NCBI RefSeq assembly: GCF_030028105.1
Contig: NC_092372.1
Coordinates: 26,912,034 to 26,976,033 of the forward strand
DNA: 64,000 nt
Reading direction: 5' to 3'
Source of the DNA: Mobula birostris
Lineage: Eukaryota
The notes under the pieces are model-generated. The model searched no databases. It was not told the origin of the DNA and worked only from the letters and a program-made list of their open reading frames with translations. Position numbers and translations under genes: made by a program. Position 1 is the first letter of the stretch, and each line of letters starts with the position of its first letter. Shown in pieces: positions 27,517 through 40,974 of the stretch.

Positions 27517-27746
27517 TCAAAAGAAGCCAGCTCCAGTGAGGTATGTATTGGCTTCCAGAATGAGTGCTTTTACGTAGACTGATAACGTATAATAGAGAGT
27601 AACAAAATCCAGTGTGCTGAAGATTGTATCTGATAGTGCAAACCCTAACATAGATGGAATAAAGCCTCGGCCATATTCTACCATCCAAGTCCCCGCACTC
27701 CAGCGGACAGCCGTGGCTTCGCCAACAGAATGGACTATCGTGTCAC
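27517..27746 (-). CDS. SIGMAR1: SIGMAR1 exon 4 (coding part, to TGA)
   Basis: CCCACAG|GT; [75 protein letters not shown]; ligand-binding Glu of WMVEY retained; total CDS 663 nt = 220 aa + stop. Confidence 0.96.
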
Positions 27747-29200
27747 CTGTGGGAACAGATTATACTTCATGAGTTCTTTTTTTTTAAAAAAAATCTAAAC
27801 TAGTCTTAAAACCAAGCAAACAATTGGAATTCAGATGATCCTCCATTCGAAATAAAGAATTAGTAAACCTTTACAACAGTTAGTTGCTGCTGAGACTCCA
27901 GATTATTCATAACACATGAACAAATGAAAGGTATACATTGACTTCTGGCTCTGACAACTTAGATTTTCTGCCTTCTCCAATTGTCCTGAGAAGGTGGCAC
28001 TGGCTACTTTTTTGTATGTACAGGATGGTATCTGCACAAGCAGGTGAACAACTAGAATCACATGCAAGCCAAGTTCATTGTGTAAAGAGGACAGGTCTTT
28101 TAATAACAACAGCTTCTAGGTTGTTCATTTCAAATAGAGTTTTATAATTAGAATAAAAGTTTTCATGCTGAAATCTAAGCTCATCCACTTGATTATTAGT
28201 GCTTGGTATAAATAGGTTGGCCTGTCTGGAATTAATTATTTCAGCTTTTTGCTATAAATGAGTTATAATTTAATAGATGGACACTGAAATCTTGTAAGTG
28301 GCCAAGCAGTGAAGAACTCGCATCAAATTTAAAACAGATAGCTCTACTTTGGTTGGCAGTACATAATGAGGATGATAAATAGCTTACTCATCCTGTAGAA
28401 GTCTGCGGGATCGTATCAACAATCCTGCAGACTTCAAGAAAAATCTTATCATTTCATTCTAATTCAGTTAAAACATTAGTTTCATGTGAGATATTTGAGA
28501 TTCTCAGCATATTGAGATATAGTCTCATGAACTCAGTCATAGGGTATGAGGAATCAATATATCAGCTCTGCTTTGAGGAGACAGCTTGTTGGTAAGTGAT
28601 TACCTCTGTTGTGCAGTGCTGAGTGAAAAAAAGTTTGGGAAAAACTTAAGATTTACTTAATGAATACAAAATTATATTTGCTATTACCAGCATATGTTGT
28701 GAAATTTGTTAACTTAGCAGCAGTACAATGCAATACATAAGTAAATTACAGTAAGCATATGTATATTGAATAAACTAAAAATAGTGCAAAAACAGAAATA
28801 ATAAAAAAGTGAGTGTTCATGGGTTCAATGTCCATTTAGAAATCATTTGGAGAGAAGAAGCTATTCCTGAACTTCTGAGTGTGTGCCTTCAGGTTTCTGT
28901 ACCTCCTTCCCAATGGTAAACTTGAGAAGAGGGCATGTCCTGGGTGATGGGGGGGCTTTAATAATGACAATGGACATTGCCTTTTTGAGGCACTGCTCCT
29001 TGAAGATGTCTTGGATACTATAGAGGGTAGTACCCACTATGGAGCTGACAAATTTTACAACTTTCTGTAGCTTCTTTCAGTCCTGTGTACTAGCATCACC
29101 ACCTCCCACCCCCCCTCCCCCCTGTCAACCCCATACCACATGGTGATACAGCCTGTCAGTGTTCTCCACAGTACATCTGTAGAAGTTTGAGTGTTTTAGG

Positions 29201-30424
29201 CAGACATCCCACCCTGCAAAAACTCATTTCAGGGAGGCAGCACCATCAATTTGCGGGAGACTTACGGGAGAGGTGGGATGTCTGCAATAGAGCAGCTCCT
29301 TAGCAGCCAGCCAGCTAGCTTAAATAACATTAGCTATGCTAATGAACAAATGACACCTGTTAAACACACCTCAACATGTCTTTTACAGTCTTAAACCACC
29401 ATGGGCAATAGAAAAGTCACCGTTGCAAACAGTGCAGCGAGCAACACTGTCATTATTTTTGACCCCTATTAGGCAGGGGTACACTTTAGTGTAGTCTGGG
29501 GTGACGTACTGTACCTTTTATATTCTCTTTTTTTTTTTGGAATACTCTGCCATGGCACGCTCTTGCTCTCTCTCGTGGTCGCTCACACGCTCTCGCTTGC
29601 TTTCTCTCTTGCCTGCCCCCTCCCTCTCTCTCGCGCTCTCGCCTGCCCCCTCCCTCTCTCTCGCGCTCTCGCCTGCCCCCTCCCTCTCTCTCGCGCTCTC
29701 GCCTGCCCCCTCCCTCTCTCTCGCGCTCTCGCCTGCCTCCTCCCTCTCTCTCGCGCTCTCGCCTGCCCCCTCGCGCTCTCGCCTGCCCCCTCCCTCGCTC
29801 GCCTGCCCCCTCCCTCGCGCTCTCGCCTGCCCCCTCGCTCGCTCGCGCTCTCGCCTGCCCTCTCCCTCTCTCGCGCTCTCGCCTGCCCTCTCCCTCTCTT
29901 GCCTGCCCTCTCCCTCTCTCGCGCTCTCGCCTGCCCTCTCGCGCTCTCGCGCTCTCGCCTGCCCTCTCCCCCTCTCGCCTGCTCTCCCTCTCCCTCTCTC
30001 GCCTGCCCTCTCCCTCTCGCGCTCTCGCCTGCCCTCTCCCTCTCGCGCTCTCGCCTGCCCTCTCCCTCTCGCGCTCTCGCCTGCCCTCTCCCTCTCGCGC
30101 TCTCGCCTGCCCTCTCCCTCTCGCGCTCTCGCCTGCCCTCTCCCCCTCTCGCGCTCTCGCCTGCCCTCTCCCCCTCTCGCGCTCTCGCCTGCCCTCTCCC
30201 CCTCTCGCGCTCTCGCTTGCCCTCTCCCCCTCTCGCGCTCTCGCTTGCTCTCCCTCTCTCGTGCTCTCGCCTGCTCTCCCTCTCTTGCGCTCTCGCCTGC
30301 CCCCTCCCTCTCTCTCGCGCTCTCGCCTGCCCTCCCTCTCTCTCTCTCAAAAAATTGATTTCCATGATATTGTATATAATTTGCAGGCAATTTCCAGGAT
30401 CTTCCGGGAGAGGTGGGATGTCTG
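29201..30424. mobile_element. Non-autonomous TIR DNA transposon with 6-bp TSD, carrying a minisatellite
   Basis: TSD TTTAGG (29195-29200 / 30425-30430); 13-bp TIR CAGACATCCCACC / GGTGGGATGTCTG. Confidence 0.85.
29555..30348. repeat. Pyrimidine-rich, CpG-rich minisatellite (~30-bp unit GCCTGCCCCCTCCCTCTCTCTCGCGCTCTC and shorter variants)
   Basis: Tandem array seen directly; almost no A on the + strand. Confidence 0.95.
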
Positions 30425-30690
30425 TTTAGGTGACAATCCAAATCTCTTCAAGCTCCTAATGAAATATAGCCACTGCTTTGCCTTCTTTATAGCTGCCTCA
30501 ATATGTTGGGACCAGCCAGATACTCCCCCCACCCCAATTCTTCATGGCTTATAGGATTGTGAATGTTGTACCATTATGGGACAGTGTAATCCAAGTACTC
30601 ATCAACCATGATTAGGTTAATGAGGTAATGGAATACACTGCTGAAGACAGTAGTGGAAGCAGAGTTGTTGATAGCTTTTAAGCATCTAGA

Positions 30691-30772
30691 CCAGGGGTTT
30701 CCAACCCTTTTTTATGCCATGGACCCCAACCATTAACCAAAGGTCCATGGATCCCAGGTTGAGAACCCATGG
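30691..30772. mobile_element. ~80-bp hAT-type MITE (second copy at ~43472-43559)
   Basis: CAGGGGTTTCCAACC...GGTTGAGAACCCATG termini; flanks TCTAGAC / TCTGGAC. Confidence 0.7.
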
Positions 30773-31604
30773 TCTGGACCAATACTGGATTTGGCTAGAA
30801 AGAGAATGCTATGAGCCAAGTGCTAGAAGATGGGAAGATGAGATTAACATGTACTGGGGGGGTGGGGTGGGGTGGGGTGGGGTGGGGTGGGAGGAGGAAC
30901 CAACCATTTGATGGAAGAACTTAAGCAACACCTGTGGGAGGAAAGGAATTGTTGACCACCTGGGTTGAAACCTACATCAGGACTGAGAGTGGAGAGGCAT
31001 GATGGTCAGTATGGGAGAAAAGGAGTGGTAAGAAAGGACTCCAAGGTGGATGATGGAATTGAGGAGGGGTGCAAGATGGCAGGCAGGTAGCACCATGTAA
31101 GTAGGTGAGTAGGAGTTATGTTTGACTACTAACTGGCAGCTTTTTGCAATGTGCAGAACCATACACAAAATGACCCACTTCTGTAACATACAATTCTCGA
31201 TCAATTAAAATGAATACGACAGTGATCAGTAGGCTTTTAAAATCACAATATCAGATCTTCTGATTAGCACTCCCATTCCTTGAACACCTACCCTCCTCCT
31301 CATCAGTCCCTGGAGACCAGTCACCCCTATAGTTTTCTGTTTTAATTTATCACAATCGAAAATAATTACAGAATAGCAACACTTAAATGATAGTCTACAA
31401 TTCTGTCTGTCTTGACCTGAACTCAACTATATTAAGTTCAGGTTCAGCTGTTATCTCAGCAGGGAGCCAACAATGGTGATAGAGCACAGGTAGAAACCTG
31501 TAGGAATATGTTCAGGCTAGTAAATAAAACAATGGTCATACAGAGACTAAAAGGTGGGATTCCACATTTATCAATATCTACAAAAACAAAGTATAGAAAC
31601 TAAC

Positions 31605-31697
31605 CTGGGTAAAATATTTCACTTTTGGTTGTCCCTTCTTTCCATTGTTGAAAAGTTCCTGAAATAATCGTGTCAGACACTTCAGCCCAATATCGTC
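31605..31697 (-). CDS. SIGMAR1: SIGMAR1 exon 3 (93 nt)
   Basis: CTTCCTAG|GA...CAG|GTTAGT; [30 protein letters not shown]. Confidence 0.96.
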
Positions 31698-31874
31698 CTA
31701 GGAAGTCAAGTCAAAATAATTTAAATATATTCACATTATCTGTACTTGCAACAAATGGCAAGCTTGATCCATTTAAAAATGCAAAAAAAAGCAACATTTT
31801 AAATATCTTTTATATAAAGAGAAAGTTTTCTATGCATTATTCTAAAGCAGTAAGTATATATAATAACTTCAGTG

Positions 31875-32205
31875 GAGTGATGCAGTGGAGATACATCTCT
31901 ACCAGAGGAGGTGTTGGGAACACCTTCCCTCTACTAGCCTGAAGGTAACCCTTGGGCAAGATGTAGTACTTGTACAGCTCTCCTCAATCAGGGTCATGCG
32001 AAGACATGGGAGCAGCCGACGGACAGTCCTACGAGCAGCTGGTGTACATCACAAGTCCTAGTTATGGAACCACTGATGCCAGCACAGTTGGGGTAACCAA
32101 AATTGTAAAGCCACTGGCCAGGAGAAGGCAATGGCAAACCACTTCCGTACAAAAAGTTGCCAAGACCATGATTGACCACCATCATACGACATAGCACATA
32201 ACGAA
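31875..32205 (+). mobile_element. SINE-like repeat (second copy at ~50405-50770)
   Basis: Two dispersed copies share TACATCTCTACC.AGGAGGTGT...TAGCCTG.AGGT.ACCCTTGG...GCAATGGCAAACCACTTC. Confidence 0.65.
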
Positions 32206-32591
32206 CAAATTGCTTCCAGGTTCAAAGGTCAAAGTAAATTTTATTATCAAAGTACGTATGTGCCACCATATTCTACCCCGAAATTTATTTTCTTGTGACA
32301 GTCACAGCAAATATAAAGAAACACAATACAGTCAATGAAAAACTGCACACAACCAAAGACAAATAACTAATGTGCAAAATACAACAAATTATGTAAATAC
32401 AAAAAAAACACAAAATAATAATATAACAAACAAATAATAAATATTAAGAACACAAGTTGTAAACTTTGAAAGCGAGTCAATAGGTTGTGGAATCAGTTCA
32501 GTGATGAGGCAAGTGAAGATATCCACTGATTCAGGAGCTTGACAGTTGAGGGTAATAACGGTTCCTAAACCTGGAGGTGTAGGATCTAAGG

Positions 32592-33605
32592 CAGGGGTCC
32601 CAAACCTTTTTTGTACTGCGGACCGGTTTATTATTGACAATATTATTCCGGACCGGCCGACCCGGGGGGTTGGGGGGCGGTGTTAATCACGACTGGAATA
32701 TAGGTGATAAGTGGCTAATACACTCAATTTCGTTTCTAAAAGGGTTTATCTAACAAATTTAATATTAAACAGCGCATATTTTCCTCGCATGAGTATAGTT
32801 ATAAGTCAATTATCAGAGGAGGACGGGAGCTTGAAGTAAGTGTTGAAGGAACTGCAAGTGGTAGAGGCAAGTTAGATATTATCATTCAAAGAAAAATTAG
32901 ACAGCTATATGGACAGGAAAGGAATGGAGGGTTATGGGCTGAGTGCAGATCGGTGGGACTAGGTAAGAGTAGCGTTCGGCACGGACTAGAAGGGCCGAGA
33001 TGGCCTGTTTCCGTGCTGTAATTGTTATATGGTTATATAAGTCACTTATAAGTCAATAGCATCATAACATTTTAAGTAACGTTTGGATATTAAACACACA
33101 GCACATATCTTCCCCATATGAACATATAAAATAATTGCAACACACCAATATCGCTGAATCAGTGGGAGCCCTGGGCTCGTTTCCCTGCAACAACACGGTC
33201 CTATCGAGGGATGATGGGAGACAGCGATACTCGAAAGGGGTTCTTTGTGTCCAGTCTATTCCGCAATTTAGTTTTCGTTGCAGAGATATGTTGGAAATGG
33301 AAGCAACGTTTTCAGTGCTTTCATGGCTATCTCAGGATATTTAGCCTTGACTTTGATCAGAATGCCAGCAGAGATGTTATGTCAAACATACTTTTCCGCC
33401 CACCGTCATTTACAAGCTCGAGTTGATGATCTCCTTCCCGCGCTGATGTGGATGACGCGCAGGTAATGACCTCGCATGTGTTCAAGCTCCACAGTGGGCG
33501 TGACAGGGAATGGGGAAAGGTGCAGCTGACTCATATCGCCAAATCATATCGTTTCTTCGCGGCCTGGTAGCACATGCTTTGCGGCCCGGTGGTTGGGGAC
33601 CGCTG
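32592..33605. mobile_element. hAT/Charlie-type non-autonomous transposon inside a Rex-like LINE
   Basis: CAGGGGTCCCAAACC ... GGTTGGGGACCGCTG TIRs; imperfect 8-bp TSD ATCTAAGG/GTCTAAGA. Confidence 0.8.
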
Positions 33606-34049
33606 GTCTAAGATTCCTGTAGCTCCTTCTTACTGGCAACAAAAAGACAGCATGGCCTGGATGGTGGGGATCCTTGATGGTGGATGCTGCTTTCCTACAA
33701 CAGCGCTCCTTACAGATGCTCTCAATGGTGGAGAGAGCTTTGCTTGTGAAGAACTGGGCTGCAACTAATAATTTTGTAGGCTTTCCATTCAAAGGCTTCG
33801 GTACACATACAATCAAACTTTCCATTCTTTCCAATGTAGAAAGCCATTTCTGCTCTTTTTTAAAAAATGATTATTATGACCTGGTATTCAATGTTCATGA
33901 ACCCGTAAATTCTATTTTTTTTGCCTCTGTTTTGAGTTGGCCTGTCTGCATTTTTTTACTCGCTGTTCCTCACTGCACTTTTTTAAAACTTGAATGTTTC
34001 ACTCTGCTTCAACTGAATTAAGCTAATTCAAAGGAAGGTACAGTAGTCC

Positions 34050-34600
34050 AAAATGTGACATTCTCAGACATTTCATCTATTCTTCCTTGAACAGAGTTTT
34101 CACTGAATGGAATCACTTTAATTATTTGTCAGGTGACTTATGAAAAACATTACTCAGAATCTCCCTTACTGCTAGCAGAAGCAGTCCTTCTCCAATTGTA
34201 AGGGGTTTTCCAGATTTAACAATGAAATGTTATATGAAACACGCAAAACCACTTCTGTTCTGTTGTGAGGTGCTGGCAAACAAGAAGTGTTTTCCATTTG
34301 AGAGCTTCCAAGAAGTAACAGAAAATAAGCCAAGTTCTTCTTTGGTTTATCAAAGTGTATTCTCTTCAAATGTTCAAGGAGCCTAGATAGTTTCATTGTC
34401 TCATTTGAAAAAACATTTTCACACAACAGGCACATTGGCTGCTGTTGGTTTGCTTGGTGCTGGTATAAACCATACTTCAGACATTCCACATTATACTGAC
34501 TACACTTCTTTTATGTTTGGTCGCTTCTGCCACTTTCATTATGGATTAACAACCAGAGTCAACCTAGTGCCTATTGCTTAAATCCAACTTCAAGTGTTGC
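34050..34600 (-). mobile_element. hAT/Charlie transposase N-terminal remnant
   Basis: ECLKYG...QPMCLLCENVFSNETMKLSRLLEHLKRIH (BED-type zinc finger of Charlie/Buster transposases). Confidence 0.75.
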
Positions 34601-35995
34601 AATTATAGAGGGGAAAGTTATGACATCATCATCGCTCAGGCAAAACATGACTCTCTGCCCAAAGGTAAGTAAAGTGATATCTCAGTTGGGCCTTGGGCTA
34701 CAGAAATGAGATCAAGACCATTTCAAAAGGGCAAATTCTGAGCTTTACCCCATTGAAAGCCACACAGGAATTGTGTCACTGCATGATAAAAGTATGGGAA
34801 TCGTACATACTAACACTGTACTACTATAGTGAACAGCATAAATGTGTGGGCCAGGCCAGGAAACAACACAATTTATTCAGTCCAGATTTATCATGATATG
34901 CTAGTGTCACATTGCTTTTCAACAACTACAATGCGCTTCGAGAAAAGTCTAAGAGAATAGAGGGAGTTAGATATGGCCCTTGTGGCTAAAGGGACCGGGG
35001 GTATGGAGGGAAGGCTGGTACAGGGCTCTGAGTTGGATGATCAGCCATGATCATACTGAATGGTGGTGCATGCTCAAAGGGCCGAATGGTCTACTCCTGC
35101 ACCTATTTTCTATGTTTCTATAGCATGTTAGCAAGACATGAGTGATTATAATCAATTATGGAGGCACCGAGGATTAAATTCGTATAAGCAATTAATTGCT
35201 TAATTTAAGCCTGTAATCCCTCAGCTGCCCCCCCCCCGCCCAGCTACCAAGGGCACCCCTACCACCCCCTTTATCTTTATTGCACCCTTAGAAGCTCCCA
35301 ATGCTCCCAATGGGAGTAATTGCTTTATTGTCACATGTACCAAGATACAGTGGAAAGCTTTGTGTGCCAGTCCCATGCAAACCATAGAAACATAGAAAAT
35401 AGGTGCAGGAGTAAGCCATTCGGCCCTTCGAGCCTGCACCGCCATTTATTATGATCATGGCTGATCATCCAAGTGATATCACCCACTTTTGGAACAACTT
35501 GTGTAGATGATGTTGACAAAGTGGTGTCCATTGAAGGTAGGTGGTGAGACAGGACCAGTTTGAGGTGACGATTAACATAGAAAAAACAGCCATGCTCTTT
35601 AAATTGCTCCTAGAGTAGTCGATGATTTTAACAGGGATAATAAAAAGAGATTTAATCAAGGTTTACATGCACTGAAAAAGACAAAATACCAAGGGGCAGC
35701 ACCTCTTAGGCATGAAACATTCTTTCCAGGAGATGTTTCCTTCAGGAAAATGTGGGGAAAACACTTAGAAGACCACTATTAAAACCAAATTAGCTGACAG
35801 AACTTGGACATTCTTGGCATTCCAGAGTACCTAGATATTTAATTACGATCTCCAGTAAATCTTAATCCCATGCTCAAGGTGTGGCAAGTATTACATTTGA
35901 AAGGCAAGAAAAATATAAAACAAAAAACATCTATACCATGTCCTGCATATTTGAGCAAAATTCCATCTCCATTAGAGGGTGAATGTAATCTAATA

Positions 35996-37830
35996 CAGGT
36001 TGAGCATCCCTCATCTGAAAATCAAAAATCTGAAAACCTCCAAAGTCTAAACTTTTTTTTTTGGAGAACTGACATGACCCCACAAATGGAAAATTCCACA
36101 AGGTACTGAGGAGGTACCCAGGTGATGCATAGGTCTCTGTGCACCACAGACCTTTCTGAGAAGTGACTTCACATAAGTGGGCCCGGTTGGCGCCAATTTG
36201 TTCTCAGCAGTTGTCATAGTCAGACTTTCGTGTTTACTCACAGTGAATCTTGTGCTTATTCCCTGCTCTGTGCCATGAAGATATTGCTGAAAATGTCAAA
36301 AAGGCCTGCAATTACCTCCATTGTAATAGTGAAAAGAAAAGAAATAGTGAACAGGAAGTCAAATTGTTGTAAACTTTGACAGTGATTTAAGAGTGAAGAA
36401 TCTGACAGGAGTATGGTGTTGGAACAGAACGACAAACTGTTAGAAGTTCTATGCTGAAAGTAATGAACAGCACTTAATGAAATTTTTTTTTAAACTGCAT
36501 AAAGCAAAGTTCTCCATCATGAATTGAAAGTAGATTAATCAGTGTTGCAGTGAGCACATGCTGCTTTAACTATATGCTGATCATGAAAAAAAGCAAAGTT
36601 CTATCACAACAAACTGAAAATTGAAGGAGGCTATGTACAGTCAGAAGGCTGGTTGCAGAAATTTAAGACACAGTATTAATTTTTTTTTAAATATAAAAAG
36701 GCTTGTGGTGATAGAGTGTCTGCTATTCACAAGGTTGGGGGTGTTGTGGATAGTGTGGAGGACTGTCAGAGGTTACAGAGGTACATCTGGGATGTAAAAC
36801 TGGGCTGAGAAGTGGCAGATGGAGTTCAACCCAGATAAGTATGAGGTCATTCATTTCGGTAGGTCAAATATGATGGCACAATATAGCATTAATGGTAAGA
36901 CTCTTGGCAGTGCGGAGTATCAGAGGGATCTTGGGGTCCGAAGCCATCAGATACTCAAAGCTGCAACGCAGGTTGACTCTGTGGTTAAGAAGGCATACGG
37001 TGTATTGGCCTTCATCAATCGTGGGATTGAGTTTAAGAGCCGAGAGGCAATGTTGCAGCTATACAGGACCCTGGTCAGACCCCACTTGGAGTACTGTGCT
37101 CAATTCTTGTCACCTCACTACAGGAAGGATGTGGAAACCATAGAAAGGGTGCAGAGGAGATTTACAAGGATGTTGCCTGGATTGGGGAGCATGCCTTATG
37201 AGAATAGGTTGAGTGATCTCTGCCTTTTCTCCTTGAAGTGACAGAGGATGAGAGGTGACCTGATAGAGGTATATAAGATGATGAGAGGCATTGATCGTGT
37301 GGATAGTCAGAGGCATTTTCCCAGGGCAGAAATGGCTAGCACGAGAGGGCACTTTTTAAGGTGCTTGGAAGTAGGTACAGAAGAGATGTCAGGGGCAAGT
37401 TGTTGTTGTTGTTGTTGTATTTTCTTTTAAAACGCAGAGTGGTGAGAGTCTGGAATGGACTGCCGGTGGTGGTGGTGGAGGAGGAAACGATAGGGTCTTT
37501 TAAGAAACTCCTGAATAGGTACATGGAACTTGGAAAAATAGAGGGCTATGGGTAAGGACATGTTTGGCACACCTTTGTGGGCCAAAGAGCCTTTATTGTG
37601 CTATAGGTTTTCTATGTTTCTATTATTGTTTCATGCACTGTTATTAAAAGTATTATAAAAACTACCTTAGGGTATATATACAATATGTACATGCAATGTA
37701 AATGGATTTAATGTTTAGATTTGGGACCCATCCTCAAGCTTCCTTATTACATAGATACAAATACTCCAAAATCCAAAAAAAATCAAACACTTCCAGCTCC
37801 AAGCATTTTGGATAAGTAGTTCTCAACCTG
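35996..37830 (+). mobile_element. Tigger-type DNA transposon interrupted by a CR1 3' fragment
   Basis: TA|CAGGTTGAG ... CTCAACCTG|TA; decayed transposase (SEGWLQKFK near 36640). Confidence 0.8.
36733..37622 (+). mobile_element. CR1 LINE 3' fragment (relatively intact)
   Basis: ORF 36819-37241 MEFNPDKYEVIHFG...LVRPHLEYCAQF...RVQRRFTRMLPG; TTTCTATG tail. Confidence 0.92.
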
Positions 37831-38303
37831 TAAATGTTCCAAGACTGATTTCCAACTTTGGAAAGCTCTAAATTATATGAAAAATGAAAGCATTTGGAAA
37901 GAAATGGTGAGCGAAGAGGACCAAGGAAGTTTTAGAGTTAAAAACTCCAATTAGAGACAACATTTACACAAGTACAATGGTCTTGTTTCAATGATTCATC
38001 CTAAAGGCAATTCATTATTTTCTTCCAAGCAAGATTTGAACTCGACAAGAATAGAATATTTGTTAAGTTTGCACTCTCAGTTTATGCACACACCTTTATT
38101 TCTTCTATTGTTTCACTCTAGCTCAAGTATACCCCCCAATTAGTTTTACTGTTTTAAGTATAAATATCAATTTCTATGTCTAATAAAATAATGCATAACA
38201 GAAGAGCAATCTATAAACTTAATACTGATTTCCTATTGAGTTCACGTTATATATGGAAACATTTTAAAAGCTTTACATAATGTAATTAGCAAGCATATCA
38301 TAC

Positions 38304-38504
38304 CCGAATGCCCTCCAGTGTCCACTGCTGTTCCAAACAGCAGCACATATTCAGTTAAGGATGCATGCAGAAGACACATGGACCCCATCCAGCCACCAGC
38401 ATTCACAAAGACCCACTGCAGGTCCTCATCTGGAAGTATGTGACCAGGGTACATTTTCCTCAGTTCAACCACAATCTTGGTGAATGCCTGCTCATGATTG
38501 AGAC
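38304..38504 (-). CDS. SIGMAR1: SIGMAR1 exon 2 (201 nt)
   Basis: TTTCAG|GT...CGG|GTATGA; [67 protein letters not shown]. Confidence 0.97.
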
Positions 38505-39559
38505 CTGAAACAAGACCATTTTATATCACTGTGTTATTGTAAAGTTAATCTTATTCAGTAAAGGAATTCATCACATCACAACAACTCCACAAAATATCAC
38601 TTACACATTATTGCTATAAACAGTGAATTCATACATGGATAGAGAGGTGATAAACACACTGCAAATAAGCAGCATATTATGTGCAGCAAAGAAGATGGTC
38701 ACACTATAGTTGTTGAACACCACAGCACAGAAACAGGTCCTTCTGTCCATCTAGTCCATGCCAACTGGTTCATCTGCTTACTCCCATCTCCCCATCCCGG
38801 ACCATCGTTCTCCATATCCCCCTCATCCATGTACCTATCCAAACATTTTTTTTAATATTGCAATTGAAATAATACACCTCACTGAATCTTCAACTGCCCA
38901 CCCTAGATTCTTCAGTTACATTAATTCTTATACTGTGACACAGAATGCATTAACATTAGACTCAAGTGTTCATATGGACTCTGGCAGAACAGTCACATTA
39001 ATCCTGTTCCTCTTCACCTCACATGTCTATCAATTCTCTATTTTTGTTTATTTTGCAATAAAGGGGAAAATTACAGTTGAGAATTAAGTTGCCAGCCTAT
39101 CTTTGGAAGGTGGGGGAAAGAAAAAAGCACCCGGAGAATCCCACGCAGTCACAAACCTAATGCCACACAGACAGCACTCAAGGTCAGAAATGAACCACTG
39201 TTATTCTATGACTTCACTGCTAAACATTGGTTCAGAGTAAATATTCCATTCTTGGCCAGGGACTTCAGTGGCTTTTATACAGCAGGTTGTCGTGAACAGA
39301 TAAGCCGCCAGGTGGTTTTGTAGATCACCTTCTACATAATATGGCACCAATTTTGTTATTTCTTAACCAGATTATAGAACTTTTCTTGGGTAACACAGAT
39401 AGAAATAGGAAGTCCGAGACTGATCAGAGAATTGATTGTCATCAAGTACAATTAGCCCACCTCAGGCAGATTTCAGATTTTTTGCCTGCAACTCCCTGTT
39501 GGAAAAGTCCAAGTTTCAATGTACATACTGTAGCTTCACCGTTAAAAGGGGCAGCCACT

Positions 39560-39965
39560 GGGTTCCATCACCTCCAACTGGACCACACCACCAAACACAT
39601 CTCGCTCCACACTTTCTGCTTTCCAAGGGATCTCTCCCTACTCGACTCTCTTGTGCATGTGTCCTTCCCCACTGATCTCTCTCCTGGCACTTATCCTTGC
39701 AAGCAGAACAAGTGCTACACCTGCCCCTACACCTCCTCCCTCACTACCATTCAGGGCCCCAAACAGTCCTTCCAGGTGAGGCGACACTTCACCTGAGAGT
39801 CTACTGGGGTCATTTACTGTGGTCAGTGCTCCTGGTGTGGTCTCGTGTATCAGTGAGACCTGACGTAGATTTGGAGACGGCTTTGCCAAGCATCTGGCAG
39901 ATGGAGTGTAGAATAAGCTGGATCTCCCAGTGGCCACCTATTTTAATTACACTTCCCATTGCAAT
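39560..39965 (+). mobile_element. Penelope-like element, GIY-YIG endonuclease remnant
   Basis: PGTYPCKQNKCYTCPYTSSLTTIQGPKQSFQVRRHFT*ESTGVIYC.QCSWCGLVY, the Cys-rich linker and GIY-YIG start of PLEs. Confidence 0.85.
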
Positions 39966-39994
39966 ATGTCCCCAAATATCCCTCCACCTTTCAA

Positions 39995-39997
<3 letters not shown>

Positions 39998-40044
<47 letters not shown>
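39998..40044. repeat. (GT)n microsatellite
   Basis: About 23 GT units. Confidence 0.95.
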
Positions 40045-40046
<2 letters not shown>

Positions 40047-40269
40047 GTTAAACTTCCTGGCACTGCCTCTCTGGCGCAAGGATGAAGCTCAGATGCTAGT
40101 TCCAGTGTTAACAGAGAAGAACAACCAAATTCTACTACTAACTGCAGCTCCAATACATGGGATAGAAGATTCCACATTCCATCTTAGACCTTCTGCAATT
40201 CTTTCAACTCCCAAGTTACATCCAAATACAGGCTCCCACAGTGCACCTCTCCCTCAACGTCACAGAAAC

Positions 40270-40935
40270 AAAGGAACCAGTTGTGGATTACAGGAGGAAT
40301 GGAGACAGGCTACCCCCTATAGACATCAATGGATCTGGGGTTGAGAGGGTGAACAGCTTTAAGTTACTCAGCATAAGCATCACCGAGGATCTTACGTGGT
40401 CTGTACATACCGGCTGTGTGGTGAAAAAGACACACGGTTGAAGTAGTGTGATATGCACCCCCCCACCCCCAAATTCTAATAGGCATCTATAGGGGCACAA
40501 TTGAGAGCATCCTGACTGGCTGCATCACTGCCTGGTATGGGAAATGTACTTCCCTCAATCGCAAAACTCTGAAGAGTGGTGCAGATAGCCCAGTGCATCT
40601 GTAGATGTGATCTTCCCACTACTGAGGAAATTTATAAAGACAGGTGTGTAAAAAGGGCCCGAAGGACCATTGGAGACCTGAGTCACCCCAACTGTTGCAG
40701 CTGCTACCATCCGGGAAACAGTACCGCAGCATGAAAGCCAGGATCAATGGGCTCCAAGACAGCTTCTTCCATCAGGCTGCTTAATTCATACTGACACAAC
40801 TGTAGTTTTATGTTATATTGACTACCCTGTTGTACATATTTATTATAAATGACTATACTTGCACATTTGAATGGAGATGCAAAATAAAGATTTTTATTAT
40901 ATATATGATGTAAGTAATAAAGTCAATTCAAATTC
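40270..40935 (+). mobile_element. Rex1/Babar-like non-LTR 3' fragment
   Basis: VVDYRR...INGSGVERVNSFK.L...ITEDLTWS.H; ATTCAA tail. Confidence 0.8.
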
Positions 40936-40974
40936 AATACACCAGCCAAGAGCAGCCGTACAGTTGGAGTAGAT

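Larger units (their letters stand above)
28665..30515 (-). mobile_element. Rex1/Babar-like non-LTR fragment, split by the 29201-30424 insertion
   Basis: KKAKQWLYFIRSLKRFGLSPK at 30430-30510 continues into 29200 and downward. Confidence 0.7.

Noticed and set aside
29501-30441. Four long ORFs (260-307 aa) on both strands
   Set aside because: Artefacts of a stop-free minisatellite; low-complexity translations.
34960-35470. Inverted repeat pair suggesting a structured RNA
   Set aside because: Two oppositely oriented CR1 3' tails of a common subfamily (same as 50990-51150).
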